The notes beneath the pieces are model-generated. The model did not search any database and had not been told where the DNA came from. It saw only the letters and a program-made list of their open reading frames with translations. The translations under genes were made by a program, and so were the position numbers. DNA of 64,000 nt from Setoptus koraiensis. Lineage: Eukaryota > Animalia > Arthropoda. This document shows positions 47,510 to 59,830 of the stretch, piece after piece. How positions within the stretch are numbered: the stretch's first letter is position 1; each line of letters opens with the position of its first letter. The stretch is taken from the NCBI GenBank assembly GCA_048013815.1, contig CM106586.1:7564001-7628000 (forward strand), given 5' to 3'.

Positions 47510-49366
47510 TTGTTGTTGCTGCCGTTGTTCACAACAACAAGTCACAGCAACAACTTTCGCTGGTCGCTCCTTGTCGCGCCATTTACCATGTAATGCTAAT
47601 GATAAACACCATTATAAACACAATTGTTTTGCCCATTACTCATTTGCCACTTATTGCGAGTTAATTAATACAACAGTTAATTAGAGCGCGCACACACACA
47701 CACACAATTAGGCACAGTTTGTAAACTGGCAACAACAGCAACAACAACAGCAACAACAACAGCAACAACAACAGCAAAGTGTCTTGTCTCATTGCGATCT
47801 TATCGCGATCGTTGCACTTGCCGTTACAGCGACAAGTGCTTGCGATTTGTGTGATACAAACACATGCAAATGGCAAGGATAATACAGAGTAAATATATCC
47901 ATTTGTCTGCGCACAAGTACAGCTATACAAATACCTGTAGATGTGCTCCGGTGCACATTTACCGTTTCAGGCCTCGCTGCGCACATAACAACAATTTATA
48001 TTTGCCGCCCACCAATGACAATGCGCGCCGGGCCGGTGCCCCGGGGCGAGCCGCGCCGCGCCGGGTAGCGTCGGGTCGTGTCGGCCGTTTTTAGCTGTGG
48101 GCCGTTTTTGCTGTCGCCCGACAACTGAAAATTGGCGCGCACCCGGTGCCTACCCGATCGCAAGCCGTATGCGCGCAGGTACGCGGGCAGATACGGTGGC
48201 CATTGGTTACCTGTGGCCACTGAGCGCTGACTGACCATTTGTCAAGACAGTTGGCAGCGCTTTGTTTGTTGGTTGCAAACGACGCTCGCTGTCATTCATC
48301 TTTCATCGACATGCCATGTCATACAAGTTACGTACATTGTTTGCACAACTATTATCATGGGCATTGCTGATGATAATGGGCGCCGGGCCGGCCAATGTGA
48401 GCCGTAAGCGAGAGCCAATTGCAAAAATGATTAGTTATGATTCATTAGTCAGCCGGCTAATTGGCTAATGTAATTCACGCCGCTTGCATGCATTTGCAAA
48501 TTACAAATTGTAATACATGCTTACATGTAATGCTTACATAATACTATTACATAATGCATTATTATATAATGAACATCGCTTGTTTATCATGTAATGGTTA
48601 GCATACAATACAATGCAACTTACTGTAACTGTATGTATTGCGCAATCATGTGATCGATCGCATGATGCATGACGCTTCAATGTGTCGATGTTGTGAAACG
48701 GGAACATTGGCGCAGTTGCAATCACAACAATTGTCTAACGAGCAACAGCAGCACCGACAACAACACCAGCGACAACACTGACCAGGCTCACCTGTCGACG
48801 CGCCGTTACGTCGACATGTCGTTACGTCGACACACCGTTACGTCGAAGACGATACGCCGACGACGATACGGCACCACAGTGAGGGCGACCATGCCCGCGC
48901 TCAACAGAGCTTGCCACGGCCGTACCCGCAAGCCAGCACAACCGGCACAAACCATAACAAACAAGCACCAGTAAATGAATTAATTAATCAGTGCAATTTC
49001 ATGAGCGTTTGCGGTCTCGTAGCGTGAGTGTGTGCGTCTCACTAATTGGACTAATGCTAATTAGACTGATTCACAACATGCGACCCGTTAGCTAAATGGT
49101 TGTGCCAACGAGCGAGCAACTGCGCCGCTCAGTCGGTTCCAACTTCGAAGCGGATTGGCGGCGGAACGGGTTCGCGAAATGGCCGCAATTCAGTTGCGCG
49201 TTATTACCAAGGGGAATGTCGGGCCGCTCGCCCGATTCGAGTGACCACCAACCGGCCCAATGAGCGGCACGCTAACCCCTAATGACCGCCAGAGGGCGGC
49301 AACCGCCAGCGCTCCGACCGAGTGGAACACCTTGAAAAACTGGCCAGCTTCACACGGGCACTCTCA

Positions 49367-49518
49367 AATGGTCAGCTTCGAATGGTCAGCTTCGAATGGT
49401 CAGCTTCGAATGGTCAGTTTTGAATGGTCAGCTTCGAATGGTCAGCTTCGAATGGTCAGCTTCGAATGGTCAGCTTCGAATGGTCAGTTTTGAATGGTCA
49501 GCTTCGAATGGTCAGTTT
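49367..49518. repeat. 14-bp minisatellite (AATGGTCAGCTTCG), 11 units
   Basis: Units counted directly. The variant AATGGTCAGTTTTG occurs at units 4 and 9, and unit 11 is partial. Confidence 0.95.
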
Positions 49519-52500
49519 ATTCACAATTATCCGACAAGGAATACAAAAGTTTATCCCGAATATTGGACTGTTCGGCGGAGAGCAGCCTCTGTGGCACGCA
49601 GTCTGCGGCAGAGGCTTGCAGTTTGCCGGACAAATTGCGAATCGGCATGGACGAAATTTGAAATTCGTCCAAATTCGTCCAAATTCGCCCATGAAAATGG
49701 GCCTGGCGCGAGCGAATCGACAAAGAGAGCGAATCGACAAAGAGAGCGAATCGACAGCGAGAGCAAATTTGGAATTTCATTTTCTCTAATTCTTGATTTT
49801 AGAGTCTCGAGTCGGGCGAAACGAGATCGAGGTTCGCGCAATCCATTGTTGTGCGCTCTTTCGCGCCAACAAGATGCCGGCGATGCTGGTGAAATATTGA
49901 TTAATGGGCTCAAAGTGGCTGATGTGATGAGTTGCCGGTTGACGGGTCGCTGGGGCGCGCTGAAAAAACAATTCATAACAAACATTACAGCGCACAAACG
50001 AACGAAATACGGATAAGAGGCGAACAGCGCCAAGAAGCGGCGAGAAAATTTGATTCTCATTCTGTCGTTGGCCGCCGCTCTCGAGCTGTTATTATGGTTG
50101 CATGGGCGCCCATTACCCACACACAAGGCTAACAGGTTGTTGTTGTTGTTGCTGACGTTGTTGTTGTTGTCGTTGTTGTTGTTGTCGTTGTTGTTGTTGG
50201 CAGAGCGGCTGCCAGGGAGACGCCAGCGAGAGTCGTGACGCAAGCAACGCGCACAACGGAAGCTTGTGTTAAATTGGTAGTTGGCACAAACGAGCCAGCC
50301 CGACCAAACAGCCAATGATAATGAATAATCTTCGCTCTTTGTTTGTTCCTTCTCGGCTTCTCTGGCTTCGCTGGCTTCTCTGGCTTCGCTGGCCTCCATC
50401 TAGCTGGCCAACGATACAAGCCAGCGACAGAAAGAACAACAACAACAACAACAACAGCGCCAACAACGGCAACGACAGAAGAAGCGGGCTCACACGTATA
50501 AACAAACAAGCCGAACAAACGGAACGCCGACACCAAGCCAGCAGCGGTCTCGCCAATAGTGATCGCTGTTGCGCTGCCTGAGATGAATGATGAAAGTGGA
50601 AAGAATCGCTCCATCTCATTGTGTTATTATTGCCTTTGTTTGCCATACTTGTGTCAGTGTGTGTAAGAACCGAGCGAAGCCAACAACCATCGATCAACCG
50701 GGCCGCCAGGCCGGCCACCAGGCCGGCCTCCAGAGCCGGCCCGCTGATTGCGGGAGCGTGTCGGACAGTTTCAGCCATGGGCTTGGCCGCCGCCCGACTA
50801 CCGCTGGGCCGGCCGGCCAATCGCGCGCTCAAATCCTCGCTCGAAATCGTTGGCGGCCGGCGACATTTTAAATCTTCTCTTATCGACAATCTGCCAACAC
50901 AGGCTGGCCGAGAGAATGGCTGCGAAAAAGCGTAATTGAATCCAGAGCTGAGCCTGTGCAATGAATGGATCGCTTCGCAACGGAAACGAGCACAAACAAA
51001 TCGCTGGCTGTGTCGATTTGTCTGTGCTGGCCCCGAACGGCCAGCGATTGACAGCGACGCTCACCGGAATCAAATCTAATTGCGACCGAAATCTGGGAAT
51101 TCGCTCATCCGGTTATGCGAGCGTCGGCACAGTGGTCAGTTTGTGTCAGTGCGCTGCCGAGCACTGGCCGACCATTGACAATTGCACAAAACATAACACT
51201 CGTCAAGCAGTCAAATGCACACGAAATGCCTACGAATTTTCAACGAATTTCCAACGAATTTCCAACAAATTTCCAGCAAAATGCAAACAAATTAGCCGGC
51301 TGCAATCGGCTGCAAATGAGCCGAAAAGCAGCGGACAGTTAACACTGTAAATATAGTAGCCGGAAGTGGCCGCTCGGATCGATCGTGATTTTGAGCGGCC
51401 TGTCACTGGAGCCGTTACAGCGCTGCTGACACTAGTTGCCGACACCAGTTGCCGACCCGCTATCGGTTGCTCGCCCGACGGCGCCGGCCGACAGGTGAGC
51501 AGCAAATGGCGTCTGATTGAGACTGACACCGCTTACATAATAGCTAATGTTGCTAATAATACTGACGCGGGCACAGTTGGCGCAGACGGCCACAGCGAAT
51601 AGGAAGCGGGCCAGTTTGTCACGTTTGTTTGTTGTTTGCTGCTTCCGATTGGCTGAAAAATATTTTTTTCGGGCCTCGTTTGCGCAATTTTCGCACACAC
51701 AACGGCATGCATGCCACTGGCAAAATCACGCCAGCGAGCGGGCGAAAATTATAAATAACACACACACACACAAATGCGAGGGAAATGTGAAATATTTCGA
51801 CGAAAATATTGAAATATTCCAATGGAAACGCCGGAATATTTCAATGGAGACGCCGGAATATTTGAATGTCTCGTCGGCGCCGCTCGAGCGACTCGGGTCG
51901 CCGGCGACGGCGCACAGATCCGTCGGTGCGGCGCTCGGCAAACTGGAGCAATTACGTGTGTAGCCAATTGAAAGGCTTCTCGTCTCGTTGTTGTCACTGG
52001 CCTGATAATACACAATGCTCACATAATTCCGGCGACGCAACTCTGCCAAATGCGGCCCTTGCAGCTCTGGCGAATCGTCTGATACAATTCGCCGGCGAAT
52101 ACGGCCAGAGTTGCGTCGGCCGGCCGACGTAATTTGCATATATCAGTGGCCGGCACAATCGCGCCAGCAACGTCGTTGCGTCGGCCGCGCAAATGATTTT
52201 TCGGCTCTCATTTGTGTGCGCTCGAAACATGATGAATCCCGAGAATCATCATGACATGAGAAATGGCAAGACGGCCGGTCGTTGTGTGTGAGCCGAATGC
52301 TAATTCAATAGTCGCGGCGGCGACCGGCCAACAGGTGAATTGTTGCATGACTTGCGTTTTTGCTGGCTTGTGTTCCTGTGATTGCGCCGTCCGGCCGGCC
52401 GGCCGGCCGGAATGGTTTCTGTGGCGGGCCGGCGGCGGCGGGCAGCCGCACGACACAAGCGCAACAATCGCCGAGTAGCGCAGCATGTTTCGGGAAGCTC

Positions 52501-53940
52501 CACAATGGCCGCGCACCAATTGAGCCGGCTCGGTGTGTCATGTGTAGCGGGCGGAAAATTGTGCCGCTCGCTCGGTGATTTATGGCGCGCAGCTCGCGAT
52601 TATCCGCGCAAGTCACCTGAGTCGAGTATCGAGCCAACATGGCGACGGTTGCCATCGAAACCGAAAGCGCCGACTTGATTTCGGCGTGCTTCTGGGAGCA
52701 CAACCAACGAAAAAAAAAATCATTCAATTCATTATATCGCTGGCATTGCGTAATCACCGGTGCTTTAATTAAACAGCAACAGCGAGTGTCGCCGAGTGTT
52801 TAATTAAGCCCAAATGACAAATGAGTCACAGACACAAACAAACACACGCAACCATCGGCACAGGCAATGGCCCGAACGAGGAAATCGCTGCCCGCTCCGC
52901 TGCCAGCCGATGACATTGAGCCTCTTCCGGCGCCGGCTGCCCGGCAACCGCTCGGTGCCGCTCGGCTCGGCTCGCCTTGCAAATTGCGACCACTTGTAAT
53001 GGCCGCCTGTCCATTACAAGTGGACGCACACAGGTCAGCAACTCGAACTTCGAATTTCGAATCTCGAATTTGGAACTTCGAAGCCGTTGAATCGCCGCTA
53101 ATTTGCATTCATCGGCAATGGGCAATTTGCTGCCACAACGGCAAAACAATCGCCTGCCCGTTGCCTGGACACAAACAATGATTAATGGTGATTATTTACA
53201 AACAATTTGCGCAGCGATCGTGCGATTGTCGTGACATCGCTCTCGTCGGCCCTGCGCCGTGTCCGGCCAAGTGCACCTAGCAGTTCCAGGCTATAACAAC
53301 TGGAGCGTCGGATCTGACCGCTCAACTTCAACTGCCGGCCGCGCCGAGCCGCAAATTTTTGCGCCGGCCAATCGCCGACAACCGGCGATTGTTTTGTCGC
53401 GACCGGAAGTTGCGGCTCAATTTGACGCGACGAGCGCCAACTCAGCGCAGCGAGCGCGATTTTGGCGCACTTCTGGGCGACACAATCACACATGGTGACC
53501 ATTGCTAAGCAATGGAATGCCCGCTCGAGTTGCTCTTATCACTAATTAATAATAATTAGTAATTATACTTGATATAATTGTTATTGCTGTGAGGTCGGGC
53601 CGGCCGGCCCGGTGTGGCAGTGCGCTCGGCCGTTGCCGGCCCGCTGTAAACAAATAACAGCCCGCAGCACCTCTGGCGCCCTAAACCAGATGGCGTTATT
53701 TGGTTGCGGAGTTATTTTGGTTTGTTTGTTGTGCATGCGACGAGGTTGCGCAATAAGCAACCTCACAATTGTTAGCGAAATTCCGGCCAGCGTGGCCAAT
53801 CGAGATTGCACTGGACACAGCTCTCTGCAGCGCACAGTGCAGCGATCTTGTTTAATCGCGGTTACGTAACGCGCCGTGTTGTCGATGCTCGCGACACACT
53901 CAATATTCTCAATCTTCTTGTTCGCTCCCTTTGTCTGCCT

Positions 53941-54010
53941 CTTGTTGTCGGTTGTTGCCGGTAGTTGGCGGTTGTTGGCGGTTGTTGGCTGTTGTTGGCG
54001 GTTGTTGCAG
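53941..54010. repeat. Degenerate 10-bp tandem array (GTTGTTGGCG), 7 units
   Basis: Read directly. Confidence 0.8.
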
Positions 54011-55976
54011 GCTGTTGTTGGCGGTAGTTGGCGGTTGTTGGCGCCACTGGCGAACAAAACAAACAACGCCAACGACAAGGTGAGTCGCTTCTCATGGTAG
54101 CATCTTCGCTCATCGGTTGCAGCTCGTCGTTGTTCGTGTGAGCGCCTGATGAGAGGGCTCGCCGGCGCAATCGAAACGAGACACAACAACTAGATTCGCA
54201 CAGCTTGCTGCAGCCCTCTGCGGAATTGCACAGGTGAGCGTCGAGTCATGACGCAAGCTATTGCATCACTCCTACAGCCGCAACAACAGCAACAGCAACA
54301 ACCATCGTCCAACCTGTTGAGTGGACGCCGGCACCAGCCAACGCAAGCCAGCAGAGGCAGGCCAGCGCAAGCCGACACAAAGCGACACAAAGAGCTGTCC
54401 TAATGCGATCCGCAATCTAGTTATTTGCTTATCCGGTCTCATCTCAGGTGAGCGGCTGTTTATTGCGGCTGCTGTTGGCACTGTTGTCAGATGGCGCCGG
54501 ACAGGTAGCCGATATTCAATTACCAATGCAAACACGTCTCTTGCTGTTGTTGTCGTCGTCCGTCCATGTCCGGCAACGACAACAACGGCGGCAACAACAA
54601 CAGCGGCAACAACAACAGCGGCAACAACAACAGCGGCAACAACAACAGCGGCAACGACAGGCAAGGCCAACTGTTTCGCCAATCGGAACTGTCGCTGGCC
54701 AACTGAGATTGGCTGCAATCACGGCTGTTTGGTCGACCATTCCCACCGTTGCCGATCGACGTGCTGCTGTTGTTGTTGCTGTTGTTGTTGCTGTTGTTGT
54801 TGCTGTTGCTGTTGTTGTTGTGCTGCCGTTGTCGCTCATTTGAATGAGCTGCAACAACGCCGGCAACAACAGCGGCAACAACAGCAACAACAACAACGGC
54901 AACTCCAGCGACTCGACTGACTGTAAGTGGCCTCATTAGGCTAATATGCCAATTGAATCAAATCAGCCCGAGCAAAGGCCAGCGATGAGCCGGCAGCGGC
55001 CATCGACAGCCTTGAGGCTTGCTGTTGGCCAGCTCTGGCCAGTTTGGTTTGCCGGACACTGGTCAGTTGCCAGTGCCAACATTGTTGTGCGTGGCGCCCG
55101 ATTTGAATTTGCGTGCCGCTCCGAGTGGGCCACTGGGCCGATCAATACCGCCAGACCTGGCCGCACTGTACAGAGACTGCATTAGAGAGGCTCATTAGAG
55201 TTTTGCACTTATCTAAAACTACGCGGAAATCAATTATCTGAAATTTCGGCCAAATACAAACAGTCTGTCCGCTGTTTGTTATTGCTCACATGCTGACAGT
55301 GCAGCGAATGCTAATTAATTTAGCTTATCTGTGGTAGTTTCGCATATCGCATCACATCGCTTGGTATTTATCGCTTCATCTGTGTCACGTTTCGTTTTGT
55401 CTCGTCTCGGCCCGTTTGCTGGCCACTGCATTGATGGACCGACGAGATATCTCCTGCGACTGACAGGTTGCGAGACAGGCTGGCGACAGTCGATATTTAT
55501 TACATAACATTATGTTTTATTTTATCTCTTCGGGCGCTTTCTTGTAGTTGCATTAGTGGCGAGTTGCATCGGCGCCGAGTTGCATGGTGGTGCAAATTTA
55601 TGCAACTCAAGTTTGTTTGGACGCAACGAGAATGGACTGGCGGCCAACGGTGAGTTTATCAATGGCTATTTGGCACAGTCAATATAGTCAATAATACGTT
55701 AGTGCGAGTTGCGTAATATGTTATGCATTTTTTATTGCAACAACCATTACCGGTAGTTGGCGTGATGATCAGCTGACGATCGGTGATGATCGTCAGATCA
55801 GCGATGATCGTCGCAGATAAATCAGATCAGCGATGATCGTTGCAGATAAATGAGATCAGTGGCTAGATTGGGCCAGACGAGATCAGTGGCTAGATTGGGC
55901 CAAATGAGATCGGCGATAGTGATTCGTGGAGCCGACGATATGCGGCGATTCTTCGCTGGCGGGCTAATGAGCCGGC

Positions 55977-56046
55977 CCGAACGGAGCCGAACGGAACCGA
56001 ACAGAGCCGAACAGAGCCGAACAGAACCGAACGAAACCGAACAGAA
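55977..56046. repeat. Degenerate 10-bp tandem array (CCGAACAGAG), 7 units
   Basis: Read directly. Confidence 0.9.
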
Positions 56047-59000
56047 GGTGCTAAATATCTGGGCTGCCGTCGATCGGTTTATCTGGCCATCTCATGGCGA
56101 GCATCGCAAGCATCATTCGCGCGTCAACAATGTTTGTTTTGTCTCCCAAATACGACAGCCCAAACTCGAGCTGCCCAATGTGGGGGCGCCCCCATGCACA
56201 GCGACTGATCGGGCGCCCGATCAGTCGCTGCAATAAGCGGCTATCGCAAGTTGCGATCTGTTGGTGCGTCCGCGCTCGTGATCGCTCGCGAATCGCAGCT
56301 CATGAATGGTAAGTTATGAATCGCAAGTGGCCATTCCGCTCGACTCGAGCGGCTCGAATCCGCGGCCGGGCACTCGACTCGGGTGACTCGAGGGCAACAT
56401 TAATTTGCATCTAATTAATTGGCTGTCGCTGGCCGTTGTTTACGACACACTAATCAGGCGGACATGGGCTTGATTAGCGATTGTTTGTTTGGTTGTTGCA
56501 TTGTTGTTGCCGGCACGGCGAGCGATAAAACTGATAATAAAATTGCTCGGCTCTTGTCGCTGCCAACGCACGCCGTCGGCTCGATCCCGCTCGCCGGAGC
56601 CGGACATTTCGCGCGATCAACGCCAGCGTCGGCCCGATGGCGCACAACTGATAGTGGCCAGCAAATGAGGGTATTTCCGCGCCGGTCGGCCGCACCGGCC
56701 GTCGAGCCGGCCCGACGCAGCCGTGGCTATAAATCATAGACAATGACTAATTTGAGCAGCGGCGGCGGCAGCACCAGTCCAATTAGGCGACGACATGCCA
56801 TCAGCGACAACAACCAGATTAGCGGCTAATTTGGCTCGCCGGCGCTCGATTCAGGCTGCGAATCGCATGCAATATCGCTGATTGTGTTACGCCATCATTA
56901 TATCATATCAGCGGATATTATCAGCGCAAAACCCGCACCGCTTGGCACAAAATGACAAACAATATGCGGCGCACACAATGGCCAGTGCGCATTATGTTAT
57001 ATTGTGCCGATGGGGCCATAAAGACGCATCGCATCACCGAGATGCCGGCCGCATCCTGATGGCCGCATCCCGATGGCCGCATCCCGATGGCCGCATCCCA
57101 ATAATGGGCCACTTCCGCCCATTATGGCCGCCCAACGGACTGTCAGCGGGCGCCGGACAATGCGCTAATAGCCGATTATTTGCCGCTGAGCTGCCGTCGT
57201 CTGATTTACGAGCGGCACTGCGAGCTCACAATTGTCAGTTATACCTGACGGGCAATCCGATTGCCGCCATCGAGTGCGCCCGCCAAACTCCGTCCAGCGA
57301 GCCCGACAAACAAACGGCAATTACGACTGTTGCGACACAAGTGGCCGAGCGCACCCGTTGTGCTAGCAAACATGCTCGTCGGGCGACATTTCCTGCTTGG
57401 CGCCGCTAATTGCGCGCGCGGGCACTTTTGCGGCCCGGAAGGCGAGTTGCGACAGCAGTTGTCACAACGGTGTGGTCACTGCCGGCCGCTCATTAATAAT
57501 GGCTCGCTAATAATGGCTCGCTAATAATGAGCAATGACTAATTAATGATGGCTCGTTAGTGCGACTCATTAGTGGGCCGCGGTTGTCGCTCGTGTTGCGC
57601 CGGACAAAAGTCAGATCAGTATCGATCGCTGTTGTTGTTCGGTTGTTCGGGCGCGATCGCTTCCGTCCGATTGCGCGAATTGACGCAGTGAACAGCTGAT
57701 TGAAAATTGTCATCGACATTGACAGTGAACAGCTGATTGCGCGAATTGACAGCGAACAGCTGATTGTCATCGCCGTCATTGATGGTTGCCGATGACAATC
57801 GGCTGTTCGCTGTCACACTGTTGTCAGATGAGATGGATTTATCATTGTGATATCATTGTGATATGGTCGGTGATATTATCGTTGCGACATTATTGGTGAG
57901 CAACAAGTGAACAAGTGGCTGCAATCGATCGGTCGAGCTCGATCGGCCGTCGGCCGTCAGCTGTGAGCTGTCAGTTGCATTCTGTCGCCAATATTGCGCA
58001 ATCGGCCAGTGGACAATATTGCGCAATCGGCCAGTGGACAATAATGGCATTGCGCAATGGGCTGCTCAGCTGCTGATGACAGTAGTGGCAGCTGAGCAGT
58101 ATCATGGTTGGCGGCCAGTGCACCTGTCGTGACACCGAGGTTAAACGCGCCAAGCAGGGCCAAGGGCACACGCAGGTGAGCGAGGGCACGCTGGACGGTG
58201 ACACTTGTTGCGGGCAAAGTCAGCAGGCGACGCACGGCAACAAGTGGCAAATTGGAGGAAGTGGCCGCTAGGAGAAACAAAAACATTAATGACAATGCCA
58301 GTCACATTGTTGTGTCGCCGATTTATGTGGCGGCCGCTGCTAGCGCCACCAACAATTATTATTATTATTATTTTTGGCCGGCGCTTACGTAACCGGGCCG
58401 ATCTTACATGACGCAAGCGGGCCGGTCTCACGTGACGCAAGCGGGCGCCATTTACGGCAGCAATAAATGTGTTGTTGCCGCTTGGAGCGGGCGCCGCATC
58501 GATGCCGTCGGCGTGATTACATGTGTTGCTGTCGTCGCCTGCTGACACTGGCTCCACAAGCGAGTCTTGTCAGTGTCGAGATTGGCAACTGTCGTCGCCA
58601 GCTGACGCTTGTGAGCCGGCCCGGCCGAAAGTTGCCCGGTCCGGCCCGTTCGCCCGTTCTCTCGGGCCGGCCAGTCAGCCCGGCTTGCAGTTGTCAAAAC
58701 ATCTCGAGTTGACAGGACGGTTTGCGGCTGCCGTTTGGGCACAGGCTGAGACGAGCGGAGCGGCGACCAACGCACCGACGACCAGCGAAGCGACCATCAG
58801 CGAAGCGATCGTCGAACTTGCCAGCACAGGTAACGAAGCGCACAGGTGAGGAGACGCACAGGCGAGGCAGGGTCAGCGCGCAAACGGACGCGACGCATTG
58901 TCTTGGTGGTTGTTGTTGCGCAATGTCGCTTGACAGATGCCAGTGACACCTCTGATGATCGGCGACGGCAGCGGCGCCATGGGTGCCCCTGTCACAGGCT

Positions 59001-59770
59001 GTGTCACATGCGCGCCGTCACAATGGCGCCACTGTCTGCGGCAAACCTGTGCACTTGTCACTCACACTGCTCACGCTGCCCGCGTTACGTAACGACATCG
59101 GACATTACGCAATCACATTACATGCGATCGCTCATTCGATTGGTCACTATAATTACATTGGCAACTATAATTAGATAATTGTCACTGTCATGTTGCGTGG
59201 GATGGTCGCCGGCGACCGGCCGCTAACTTGGCGCTTGCGCCGATGCGCGGCGCAACCGTCGCCGCAGCGGGCCGGTTTCTGCGGTCGCCGGCGACCGGCA
59301 AACCGGCGGCTGGCGGCTGATACCGGCAAATATCGGCTGATACCGGCTGATTTTGACAAATGGCGGCGGATGGCGGCTGATTTTGACAAATAGCGGCGGC
59401 CGACGGCGACGCGGTACCGGCGCGGTACCCGCGCACTCTGACTAATCTGCGCAGCCCGATTAATTCCCACGTGATCGATTCTGCGCGACGGACGACAAAC
59501 GGAACCGCTAATCGCCGCCAACCTTGCTCCCATTGATGCCGGCGCTCGGGCCAACGAGATCAACGGGAACAGCGATAGCCGGCCAACAAATTTGTTTCAA
59601 CTGGCACGAATGGGCAGCCAACAATTATCCGCCGATATTGGTGTCGTGAATCGCTGATCAATTCGGTAATATCAAGTCAAGTTGCGTCGACCGCCGGTCG
59701 GATTAGCCAATCGGCGGTCGATGGAATCGGATCGGAACCGAGCCACAAGCAGGCGCCAATTCGAAATGGG

Positions 59771-59830
59771 AAACTGGCGCAAATTGGCGCAAATTAGCGG
59801 AAATTTGCGGAAATCAGCGGAAATGCCGGC
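59771..59830. repeat. Degenerate 10-bp tandem array (AAATTGGCGC drifting to AAATCAGCGG), 6 units
   Basis: Read directly. Confidence 0.85.

Noticed and set aside
49367-49518. Regular repeat array as a possible CRISPR (also 4680-4809 and 8207-8301)
   Set aside because: Head-to-tail units with no unique spacers, no cas genes, and a eukaryotic context.
49873-49925. DAGEILINGLKV, resembling an ABC ATPase segment
   Set aside because: No Walker A/B or signature motif nearby; the ORF is otherwise repeat-derived.
25353-54510. Several CAGGTAG (Zelda-type) and YGTGRGAA (Su(H)-type) sites
   Set aside because: Too few to exceed chance expectation; Zelda is also not expected if this is a chelicerate.
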